This document shows, piece by piece, positions 27,301-39,494 of a DNA stretch of 64,000 nucleotides. Numbering within the stretch: the first letter of the stretch is position 1; each line of letters opens with the position of its first letter. The stretch spans positions 24,870,750 to 24,934,749 of the forward strand of contig NC_057719.1 of the NCBI RefSeq assembly GCF_004010195.1. Reading direction: 5' to 3'. The notes beneath the pieces are model-generated. The model ran no database searches. It was not told the origin of the DNA and saw only the letters and a program-made list of their open reading frames with translations. Made by a program: the position numbers and the translations under genes. This DNA is from Chiloscyllium plagiosum (Eukaryota).

Positions 27301-30300
27301 GGGAGTCATTCTTGTGGATCCAGTCACAATGCATTTTCTGTGATCAATTTCGCAGCTCCCATTGCAGCACATCCCATGTCTGAGTGCTGCAGGTTAAATT
27401 TCAAATGTTATCATGCAAAATCAGATGATGCCCTCATAGCTGTGGATGAAAGGATGCTTGTAGAGTTGCACAGCAGTCTGGCAGCCGGCCCAACAACATA
27501 TACGGTACAACAGATTTCTGAGGTACCGCAAGAGGGAAGGGGTATACCGTGTGAATCAGATGTCCTCTACCAGGATGAAAACATCTGTCTCCTCACCTTT
27601 GTCAATCCAAAAGTGTCCTTGCTGTTACTTGTCAGCCAACACATCCAGGCTGCTGTCATCCATACTGGTGCACTGCTTGAAGGCTTCCTCCAGGTTATCT
27701 GCAGTGTGCTTTTACTGAAAGTTAGCAGTTGTGGTACAGTCACCTGGGTAGCACTTTGACAGGACTCAAGTGGAGGGCAAGGCACTCAAGCGCAGTAAAA
27801 TATGTCTAAAAGTTATTACATATCTTTGATATGCAATATGGCATGATTTTATTTCTAAATTTGATTTTGAATGTTTACTTGTGATGGTCTATGTTTTTGC
27901 AGTGTGATCAAGCTAATAACTATAATGATCTGTCGGAGTTGGAAGGAAAGGTGTGGGTCTGCTGGTGAATAGGCAATTATGGTTGTGGTTACTGGCATTG
28001 TACTCAGTTGTGCTTTTCATGGAGAGTTTAGGCAGAACAGAGCCATCAGGATTGAATTCTCCCTTCTTCTTCCTGTTCCTCATGATCCCGGTCCTCAGCT
28101 GGTGAACAGGGCTATATCCACATGATGATAATCTTGGCAGCTTTGATACAGCCTTGATACTTGACACCACTCTGCTGAGTACTGTATTCTTCAACTAAAT
28201 GTTGAGGGATCAGAACCTCTTTCATGGTGCCCCCAAAGCAACCTGTAAGCGGTCAATACTATCATGCACTATAAGAAAGCTTGCTACACTGGTGCAACAA
28301 TCTGCTTGCGCTCTGCTTTTCTCTAACAAGAATGAATTGCAGTTAGTTATCTTTGAACAGGGAATAGTAATCTTTCCTACATGACAATGGTCAGCAAACT
28401 GTAAGATGTTGTAAATATCTCAAGTTTCAACTTGGTAGGAACCAGAGGCTTAACTTTTCCTTGCAATGATAACGATTCCAGCAATGCACTCCTCATCCTG
28501 CAGCGGAGTTGCATTGGTAGCTACCACAGGTGACATATTTCCAGAGGAGTGTTCTTATAAAGTGTAGTACCTCACTCAGTACTCACTGTATTTCACCTTG
28601 CTGAATACCAGGAGGTAGACATAGCTATCTGCTAAGAGCCCTTTCCCTCTCCTTCCTCTTCCAGTTCTTCTGCCTCATGCAGCCTTTCTTCATTCTCTAA
28701 GGGGAAAGCCCACCAATGCAATCATGTCTGAGAGCAACTTGACTATGTGGAGCCTTCAAGTCAGTAAAGGTTCTTCAGTACCTGCCATGCAACTCCGCGT
28801 GTAGTCTTCTGCAATTTCAAGATACTATAGAAAGCATCAAAGATCTCGAACGTTGTAGCAACAGCTGGAAAAAATAAGCTAGCAATTAACCTCTATTTAG
28901 CTGATTCTCCTTTTAAATAGCCCAGGATAGGGAAGGAGTACTATTCCTGCTGCTGATAATGCCCTCAATTGTGCAAGATTAGGAGACGATGGAGGATTGA
29001 GCTGAAAAATAACACTATTGGACTTAAGTCAGAATTACATGCCAATTGATGCCATTATCTGCCGACTCTGCATACCTGCTGCAGACATTTGCAATGTTTG
29101 TTTACATCCTATCAAAATGTGCTGTCCAGTATTTTGGTCCCCACAAGAATGTGCTTTGGACACAGTTTTAGAGCAACTGAGGTCACTAAAGGGCACTAGC
29201 AAGATCCATTTCCTGCTCTACAGTTATGTACCTCCAATGTTTCACAACAATTAATACATGGTAGCACATATCTCTAGAAAGCAAACTCAAAACATTCACT
29301 ATGAAACATAGTTGAATATACATGGATAATTCAGTCTACTGTGTAATAGAATTGACAAAATTGAACACATGTTGACTCCCTAATCTCACTATTGGAACAC
29401 ATTTAAGAATACCAAACACACACTTGACATGTGGTGGGGTGAGAGTAAGGAAGGAAGATTGAGTCACAGGTGAGTTGCTGTGTGCTCTTCCAACCTGTGG
29501 AAAACATTACAGAACAACTGGGATAAATTTACCTATCTACTCAGCCTAACCTTTGGACAACCAGGGAGGAAATAAAATTGAAGAAATAGGAAGAACAGAT
29601 TCATGGCGATTCACCTATTTTTCAAATAATTTCAACCATCGGGTTAATACATCAGAAAATCACTAATTAATAAAGTTCATTGCACAAGAATTACAAAAAC
29701 ATTATTTAGACATTGTAGGTATATTTTATGTTCACTAAATATTGGTTAGGTGACTACACAATAATCTTTCAAAATAATTCATTCACAAGAGGGTGGCACT
29801 TATGAAACATGTTTAAGGAGAAGAATAAACATGTGTGTTTGATATGTAATTCTCTAAACAGCACATGTTTATCACACCAAAATAATGTCTGTATGTAAAT
29901 TATGATACTGTGACAGTATCATCAACGGTAATGAATTTTAACAGGTATATGATTTAGTGAAAAAATATAGAATTCTAGGATGTAACTAAACTACATTTGT
30001 AGGAATTATAAAAGAATATATACTAAAGATCAATGATTGGTAGCATATGTTTATGAAACTAATGGCAATGGTAGTTTATGTATGCTATTGATTGTTCCAT
30101 AAGAATTACTGAAATAAAAGGTTCTTTTTAATTTTCTGTAATACAAACACTATTTTGTTCTCTCTAAATTTGACAGCAGTATTTAAGTACAGTAATAATG
30201 TGACAAAAAGTTGTGCATTGCTGGCAAATAACAAGTTCTGAGATTTGAACATAGTGATGAACATTTAAAGTTCAAGAAACTGCAGAAGATTCAGATGTTT

Positions 30301-30428
30301 GCAGAAAATTCTTAGTAGTAGGTGCAAGAAAGGTCACACGTGCCAAACATAACAATTTTCATTGCACTTTTTGAGAATCAGCTTCTTGGATCAAAACCTT
30401 CCAGTACAAGATACTGCCTTTCTCAATA

Positions 30429-31244
30429 CAAGTAGTTCTCCTATAACACCATAGTTGCATTCCAGCAAAACCTCACTTCATAGAAAATTGCTTAACAGAA
30501 ATATATGGGCTGATGGGAAAAGTGGAGTTAGGGGCAGACCAGCAAAATATATCACCCACAATCGCTCAAACATCACCCTAAAGTCTAACAGAAAGTATAG
30601 CACTGCCTGATTGAAAGTTAAAATAATATTTATATTAACAAAAGTAAATTTAACACATTACATTTAAAAAATGTAAGAAAGCTGCTCTCTGTATAGTACC
30701 TGGAAGAACACAGCAAGCCCGGTAGCACCAGAAGATACAGAAGTCGACATTTTGGGTGTAACCCTTCTTCAGGACCTGAAGATGGGTTACACCCAAAACA
30801 TCGACTTCTGCACCTCCTGATGCTACCGTGCTTGCTGTACTCTTCCAGCCTCCTGCCTGTATACTTTGGATTCCAGCATCTGCAATTTTCTTTGTCTCTG
30901 TATAGTACCTGACAGAAAGCTGCTCTTTCAGCAGCTGACATCAGTGCACGTGCAGAACAGCATAAAGACAAGAGTTCATATTGCACATGGGCACAATGGC
31001 ACAAAGACTGGTACGGACATCACATGTGAGGATAGAGGCACATGCGCAGAATGGTAAGAACACCAGCTGAGATTTCAGCACACACATCAGCGAATGCACA
31101 GAATGAAACACACAAACCAATCCCTGCTGGAATCATGCTATTGCAAACAGAGGAACTGGTTCTCCAAAATACCATTCCCTAATTCTTCAGCGACGTTATA
31201 GCCAAATCATGCTGCTGAAATGTGCGTTATCTCAGAACTACCTG
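30429..31244. mobile_element. Non-autonomous Tigger-like DNA transposon, host of the 30703-30894 insert
   Basis: Left end CAAGTAGTTCTCCTATAACAC versus right-end reverse complement CAGGTAGTTCTGAGATAACGC; both ends TA-flanked. Confidence 0.7.
30703..30894. mobile_element. Short palindromic Penelope-derived element with a 17-bp TSD
   Basis: Inverted arms centred on cttcaggacctgaag; TSD tctctgtatagtacctg at 30686-30702 and 30895-30911. Confidence 0.82.
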
Positions 31245-34192
31245 TAATTATTTATGAATTGTTTACAAGTAGACCAATGTTGGATGTTCTAATTAGACCA
31301 GCATACAAGTCTAAAAGTAGAAGCATCAGGACTATATAAGGAATACTTCCCTATCATGAAACTTTAAATGTCTGCTTCTACAATCATGTATTAATCAAAC
31401 TTAGCCCTCAATCTAAATTGTTGGTCCAAATAAGGACTATATCAATTAATCTGACTATCCTATTAATATGGGCAAATTATTATATGAACAGTCTTACAAT
31501 TTTATTGTGATTTTAAATAATTCACTAGCATTATGTATAGAAAAAACACAAACTTGTAAGCCAGAAGGTATTAATTTTAAAAATGTCAAAAGCTTACATA
31601 ATTACTATTACAATTTGAAAGCTGCAAATGAAATTCAGTATTTAAAAGGATAAATGCACAACTTTTTGCCCACATACTTTAAAAAAATCAGCATTGTACT
31701 ATCAGAGAGTAAACATATCATCTCTTTATTTCTAAGCACTGTAGAGTCATTTAATGAATGTACTTGTTAAATGAAACCCCTGACATAACAGAACGCTCTT
31801 TACAATTATAACACCCTGCAATTTTTTAAAATTTTCTTTGTTAACATTTCAGTCAATAATGAAGCTCTTAAGCAGGATTTAATCAATGTATTAATATTGT
31901 TTTAAATGCTAAAACTCAACTAATTGAACATGCTTAGCAAAAAAAAACAACTTTATATTTGATTAATTGACAGAAATGTGGTTTGAAATTATTTATGTAT
32001 TTATGCATTTGCAGGTAACTCATTTAAAATACAGTTCCTGAACCCAAATGATTTAACTGCAAGAGTTGATAAAATGCAGTGTAGATGTCACCTTAGCTAA
32101 ATCCAGAATTTCTAGATCCCAAGAGTAGGATGCTAAATAAGAGTCAATATGTGTTTACTTTATTTGAGATAGATATTAACTACCAAATTACCAAAGGTTT
32201 GTGAATAATAGACACTTAATTTCAATTTTATAGTCTGTCATTTCATACTCATTAAAAGATTGTTATCAATTCAAATTCTCCTGTGAATCATTTTCTCACC
32301 TTATTGTAGCATTACAGTTCAAGGACTCTAATGCATTAGTTATATTATAAATAATTTTTAAATGTAACACTAATGGGACCATATTATGTTACATTCTCAC
32401 ACAAAAGGAATATTGTGATCAAAAGTGATGAATCCTGAGTTTAAACCATCATTTTTATTTCTAACTTTGTGTTTAAACTTTGCAACTTAACTGTTCCAGA
32501 ACAGATGTAATTCAACAGTGTAACCTCTGTAGAAAGCTTGACTATCATCCATCAGATGACAATATAAAGAATGTGACAGTTTATTGGAAGCAACATTTAT
32601 CTCTCAGCAAAGTTGAAGCTTTGTATTTAGAATTTTTATGACTTTCTGTTAAGTATCTGTTTAGTGTTTATTCAGAATTTAACATATTTTGGTTTCAGTG
32701 AGGGATTGACTATAAAATGCTTATATTTTTGAATAAAAATATACATAAAATACTGTTTGTGTAATTACTTTCCAGCAAACAAGTGCAATATACTTCTGCA
32801 ACTTGCCCAACAAAAATAAGCATCACTTTTGTATTTTATTTATAATCATTATAGTGATTCCATCTGCTGTAATCTTACTTCCTATTTTTCTCAGAGATTG
32901 AAATCATCAGTATCCCTGGTGACACAAATTTAGAGCAAACAGTTCCCAGGAAATACAACATCTTGCACTTTGCATCTACTTTCAACATCAATTATTCCCA
33001 TGCCAAATAAAATAAACGACACATGCAATGTAAGTTTTTTTTTGCCCATACTAAAGCAACAAGGTATCCAACATCTTGATTCTGAACTGCATCACCTTGA
33101 CCCACATTTTTGAGTTATGGTCAACACTTCACAAATTTCCTGATCAATCTCCTCAAGCCATATATCATTTACAAAGAGAATGGCTGCTCCCAAACTTCTA
33201 CAAATAGTGCAGTGTTATTGCTAACTAGAAGATGTGTAACAACAGCCTAAAGAAACTTCTCTGTCAATTGTCTATCCTTGAAAGTAGTCTCTGTCTAACA
33301 ACTTGGTGAAGGTCAACAAAGGGACAATGATCATTCACCCAAGGTCAATTCAAATATTGTCATTTCCCATCATATAATTTACTGCCTTACATGTTTAAGC
33401 ATGTCTTTCTTTCCAAGCTTTGTCTCATGTCATTTTAATGGCATAATCCATTTAAAGTGCTCCTAACAGAGATCCTAGAAGTGTTTGTGATTCCAGGTTG
33501 TAACAGGCCTAGCAACCCTACAAAAACAATTTTAAAAACTAAAATATAATAACTTGCATTTAGGGCACTTTCGCTAATTCAGTGTATCTTTCACACAAAC
33601 ACATATTAAATTTGTTGGGTTTACTCTCCTGGAAGAGGAAATAACTATTTTAGCATGAATGCTCATTTATTTTCTTTACAGCCAGATAATGATGCCTCAA
33701 TTGTTTTAACTGGCTAAGCCAGATCAAAATTTGAAATAACAGTGATATTAAGTTAATGTGGCATACAAAAGCATTAGTACATTAAAAAGACCTTTGTCAA
33801 CTATTTTAACAAAGCCATTGATGCCTGTGCCATGATTTTATCCCTTCTATTTTCTCTTGTATTTCAACAGCAGTTGCTGACATGTACAATCTCATCATCT
33901 GACAAAAAAGATCTTTTCAAAGTAGTGAATGACTACATATGGGAAGAGCCAATGTTTCACTAACTGTTTGGCAATTTAACTAAAATCATAAAATTCAGAT
34001 ATGTTTGGAGGGTGAGTTTTACATTAAATGCAACTTTTGATGGACAGAATTGCCTTCCAAATAAAATTAGAGTTCATTTCCTTGTTTATTTGTACTAAGA
34101 GAATGAAAATACTAAATTTCAATAACAAAACCATTTTACAAAATATTCCTGTTTCATATATGTTTCAGTTACAACTAAAAAAAAATGCTTAC

Positions 34193-34313
34193 CTTAACAA
34201 CGTCTGTGAAAAGTACTTCAATGTATTTGCTATATCAGTTCCAGATGGTACAGGATAAATGTTATGAAGAACACGATTGTGGTACTCTTGTAAATAACGG
34301 ACCTTAGATGCAA
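34193..34313 (-). CDS. UNC79: UNC79 coding exon 2 (FASKVRYLQEYHNRVLHNIYPVPSGTDIANTLKYFSQTLL/S)
   Basis: ttattcag| acceptor and |gtaagc donor; 121 nt, phase 1 to 2. Translation nearly identical to recalled human UNC79. Confidence 0.96.
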
Positions 34314-36438
34314 CTGAATAAGTGAGAATTTTGGAAAATGTCAGTTCTTTTAATAAATATTTTGGTTTACAAAGTTAAACAACATTCTTATTTCCTATCC
34401 AGATTTGAGATCTTCCCTTTGTGACATATGTTGTATTACAATGCTAAGAACACAATCTGCCGGTACCTTACTTGAAGCAGTGACACTTCACACAGACAGA
34501 CTAGACAAGAGCATGTCCTTTGTCATATTCAAAACCATGTTTTTCCCACAATCGAAAACAATCAGGAATGGTATGACTGACACTTGGCTTCAACACAGTA
34601 ATGATGAAACTACAGTTGGAATCTGTTAACTCAGTCAAGACCAGGTTTTAGACAAAACACTTTTTTATCTGCAGGGCTCAGTAACACACCAAACAGCACT
34701 TTTATCCACCAAAGTTGAATGTCCTTGTGTGCCTGCACACATGAGTTGCTGTCTGTTAATTAGGAAATTATGGATGTTATCGTATGAGTAAATAATTCAA
34801 AATATGTACATAGCAATACTTCAGTATTCAAAACATACAGAGAATTATAGTCATTTGCATCATGTAACAGCAGAAGTATAATTATTTCAATATATCATGC
34901 TTCAAATGAGTGGCATTTCTCTTCAACAGCATATCATAACACTGAAAGGCATACAACCATACCTCAGCTTCCGTTCTTAGTTTTTTCCATGGAAATATAA
35001 TTGGAAGATGAGTATATAAACAATGGCAATACAGCGAAATCAAAATATATATAATAAATTACTTTGGTTATGCTGTGAATTTTCTGTATTGAAATAACAG
35101 TCTACAAATACTTTGTGTAGTGTGTCTACCTAAAACACCTAAAACCTTGAACTTATGGGGCTTTTGATTGTAAAAGTGTTCATATTTTTCTTCTGTAGTA
35201 TTGGCTGTCACATCACATTCATTGGTTTGGCAAGTATAGTGCAAGATAATTTCCTCATAAATGACTCAAAATATAAAGGCAAAGGCTACAGGACTTGACA
35301 CTATAAACCATGAACATGAACAACATAGCTGAATTTTCCAGAGATGAGGTCAGGATGACTCTTTAACATCAAGGCAACAATTGATTGAATGTGGTACCAT
35401 TCAAATTGGATCAACATTGAAAAACTGAATTCAACAAGGAAAAGAAAACTCTCAATTGGTAGAAATCATACCCAGCTCAAAATAAGATATATTGATTGGT
35501 AGAGGGCAACCATCTCAACTGCAGGCCATATTTCCAGGAATTCCACATGTTAGTGTCCAACATCCAATTATCTTCAACTGCAACCTCAATGACCATCCGT
35601 CCATCAAAAGGTCAGAAAAGGGAATATTCACATTATTTTCATGTGTTAAAATCCATTTTTAATTGTTCAAATAATGAAACAATCTGAGTCCACAAGCAGG
35701 CTTGGGCAAATGGGAAAAATTAATATCCAGACAAGTGTGAGGAAATGACCCCCTCCACTGACAGAAAATAATCTCACCTTCATTGCAATAATTTTACCAT
35801 CTGCAAGTCTCTGATCACCAATATCCTGAGGAAAGGGGAGGAAGGGAGGGGGGAGATTGGGGAGGATCACCATTGACTAGAAACTCAACTGTACAAGCTA
35901 AATATATGCCAGACCCACAAGAGCACAACAGAACATCAGCGGTTGGGTGTTCAGTATTACTTGGCTATTCTCCTGACTCCTGAAAATTTTCTATCCTACA
36001 AGGCACAATTCAGAAGTGGGCTTTGTCCAGATGGTGCCACTCCAAAAAACATTCAAGAAGTACAGTAGTATTCAGGAAGATCACATCCATTTGAGCAACA
36101 TCTCACCTACTAACTTAATCATCCACTCCCTGCTATACCATGGCTGCAATTTATTCTACTTTCAGAATGTACTGGAAGTCTCCAAAGCTACTCCCAAACT
36201 CTTTCATCACTTCCACCACCCAGAACTACAAGGGAAGAATGTGCACAATAACATCATTACTCAGTGCTTACTTCCAAGTACTAGTTCAAAATCCTAGATC
36301 TCCAGATCCACAATCACTTTCTCAAGCACATCTGCACAGGGCAAGAAATGTCCACTCCAACATCAAGACCCACAGTCCAAGAAATATTTAAACTTTAATG
36401 AAATGAAAGGGCGTCTTAACAAACCTCAAAGATCATAT

Positions 36439-36890
36439 TGAAATAATTTCACAGAGGCCAATATTCTGTCATCAAGTCACCTTTTATATACACGTTGAAT
36501 GTCCTTGCCACTGGTCCAACACCCTCAGAGCCAGCTCTCAGAATGAACAGGATGCCTGACACTCCTTGTTTTTTAATCTTCAAATTGGTTTATCTCATTT
36601 AAGTTAACAGTTTATTGAAAAAAGTTACAATTTTTAAACTTCAATCATGGATGACCAACCACTCTGCCTGCATAAGTAGAATACACTGAATCTGTGAAGA
36701 GCTGCTCCTCCAACCAAAGGCTAGTTCTCTCTATCAGGAGAAAACATGGGAGAGAAGCCAAGAAGAAAAGTAGTGCCTGACACTCCTTATCTGCCAGCCA
36801 GGGCTCCTTGTTTGGACCAGATTAGCAGCCCCAATCATGGTGCTCACATGCTATGAGGTCCATTTGGCTGACCTCATTACAATCACTACA
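36439..36890 (-). mobile_element. Putative solo LTR in UNC79 intron 1, carrying an internal insert
   Basis: TG...CA termini, flanks catat/gatat, and an internal 15-bp duplication around a 206-bp insert. Confidence 0.5.
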
Positions 36891-37599
36891 GATATTTCAA
36901 GACAAATTATTATTGCAAAGACAACATAGCCTACAATGCAGTTTCAGATATTTTCGACTGCAAAATCACTCAGATTACTTCACCGCAAAACAAGTGCAAT
37001 GGTCAGCAAACTATCTCAAACATGGAAAATGCTGGAGGAACTCTTGAGGCAGGACTGGGAATATCATTGGAAAATCCCTCCCAGTGTCAATTATCATAGC
37101 ACATTTGTAATTATAATACTTAAGTTGCACACACTGCTTCAGAGATTGCTCACATTATTTGTTGACAGTGATAGTTTCTCTGCTAATTTTTATAAAACAG
37201 AAAAGATTTTATGTGCACAATTGATTAGAGCACCAGACACTAACTGTTGCATGCTATTTTTGAAAAAAATCAGCTATTCTGAAAACTACTAAAAATGCAT
37301 GCTATAGAGATGTTCATAATGCAACTTGAAAAATAACAGCAAAAAAATCCTAGACCAGCAACAGCAGGTTGTCCTAGGAAACAAGAGTCCTCCAACCAGG
37401 ACTGGCTGCATGCCTGTGTAAATAGGAATAGGTAAATAACCATGTGTGCACACACACTATAAACCTACAACTTTATTTGCAACAGTCAACCTACATTCCC
37501 TTTTCTCCTTCCTCTTATAACAATCTTCAGACGTAACAAGTCACCATTCAGCTCAGGCACTTAAAATTAGACACCTTACGGCTATTCCCTCCCTACATC

Positions 37600-38300
37600 C
37601 CAATATTGGCAATGAGCTGACCTTGGCAACTGAACGCAGTTCCCAGACCTGACGAGGGCAGGCGAGGGAGCATTCGAGACTTGCAGGACTAATTTATTAT
37701 GACTGCCGTCAAAAATACGCCCATGCAGAAAAATTAATTCCGCGTCAATTTTGACCATTAATTTTGGAGGCGGGGAAGAGCAAGGTTTACAATATTTTGG
37801 AGCCCTCAGTGGGCAGGCCCGTAACCTCTTTTGGAAGCAGCATCTTTAAGAGCATCTTCAGCAGTATAACGTCACCGTCTCCCACTAACTTCCCGAGGGT
37901 ATGCTGCCACCGGTGTATCTTTCTCATACTTACACTGCTCCGCTTTGGTGGACATTTTATCTTTGTTGTTGTTGTTTGTTTCAATGGCGTATGTCAGTAA
38001 AACATCAAATACGCCACCAGAGCATCTTCCAGCTGCTGGGGATCCTGGAGACAGGCGCCGCGCATGCGCGTGATCGAGCAGGCTGCTGCCTCCGCGTCTG
38101 GTCCAGGAGATTGACTGGTACCGAATGCAGCAGCAGGAGCGACACCCCCAATTTTACACGGCTCTGCCCCGGCCTGATTCCGTCAGATTGGAAGCGTTCA
38201 TGCAAAGTCCCTGTTGCATTGAGCTGGAATATTGCTGCATACAGGCAAAGGGGCCGATTCTAACATGCAAAACTACATTTAGTTACGAATGGGATTCAGT
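37600..38300 (-). promoter_or_regulatory. CpG-rich putative UNC79 promoter and first-exon region with an NRF1-type palindrome
   Basis: Visible CpG enrichment in an otherwise CpG-depleted window. GCGCATGCGC at 38060-38069, about 105 bp upstream of the ATG. Confidence 0.6.
37934..37955 (-). CDS. UNC79: UNC79 coding exon 1 (MSTKAEQ/F)
   Basis: Minus strand reads aaaATGTCCACCAAAGCGGAGCAGT|gtaagt: 22 nt, phase 1. Matches the recalled vertebrate UNC79 N-terminus MSTKAEQF. Confidence 0.93.
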
Positions 38301-39280
38301 AGGGCGTTACACTCTGAATGCTGCGTTTTTAATCAAATAGAATCCACACCACAAATGTTCATGATTAATTTTCATTTAAAACTCTTTGCAAAGTGTCGCA
38401 TAATGTGTTTAAAAGGCAAACAGGTACAGGGGCTCCCCGATTTACGAACGATTCACTCACGAATGTTCGTACTTGTGGACAAGATCCCATTACAGATATG
38501 TGTTAATATTAATTTTAAAGATCTGAAATACGAGCGTTTCCTCTTACTTATGTACGACTATTTTATATTGTCGTGCGTTGTGTTCTCACTTGCACAGAAT
38601 TTGACTTGTGAACGGACTGAAGAACAAATTCCGTTCGCAACCTGGGCATTGCCTGTGTTTGTATATTGATTTTCACATCCTCAGGGAGTCCCCCCACAAT
38701 TTACTGTCACAATTTACGCTTACTGGTTTCCCAGGATTACTAAGTGACTGTTCGGAAAAAATACATTTTTCACTGGATATTGTATTGTACCATGTCATAG
38801 TCATGAAATCCATAATGTATTTGCCCTATGAATACGACGCAGAAGCCAGAAAATCCACAGATCATGGTTTCAGAAGAAGCTGAAATTGTAGAGATTTTGA
38901 AAACTGCAAGAGAACCAACTACTGTAAGAAACATTAAAGAATAATGAGAAAATTATGCAAATTTGTACTTCTGGGTGAGTCTTTATGGCTCTGAACCTTC
39001 CAGTCTCTGCTCCCATGAAGATAGAAGTTGATTTAGTCAGATTCTGAACTTTTTCCAGTCTCAAAACAAGGAGAGCTTCACAATTAAAACTCTTCTCAAT
39101 TCTGGGGAAAAAACGACAAGTGTATTGCACCCTAGACCTCACTGAGAGAAAACAGCCAGGCTGAAGAAAGTTTGAAGGCCTTGAAGACCCATTTTGAGCA
39201 TTCTAATATTTTTATGGATGTTCTGTGTTTTACATCATAGCTTTGGAAGCGAGGATTTAGATGAGATGAACTGAAACTGG

Positions 39281-39494
39281 AGTTGAAAAATGTGGTGCTG
39301 GAAAAACACAGCAGGCCAGGCAGCATCCGAGGAGCAGGAGATTCGACGTTCCGGCATAAGCCCTTCTTCAGGAAGGGCTTATGCCCGAAACGTTGATTCT
39401 CCTGCTCCTCGGATGCTGCCTGGCCTGCTGTGTTTTTCCAGCACCACATTTTTCAACTCTGGTACTCCAGCATCTGCAGTCCTCACTTTCTCCT
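39281..39494. mobile_element. Short palindromic Penelope-derived element with a 17-bp TSD
   Basis: Near-perfect inverted repeat 39280-39459; TSD agatgaac(t/c)gaaactgg at 39264-39280 and 39495-39511. Confidence 0.88.

Noticed and set aside
37787..37984. 65-aa ORF over the UNC79 start
   Set aside because: Wrong frame and non-ATG start; the real 22-nt coding exon is in another frame.
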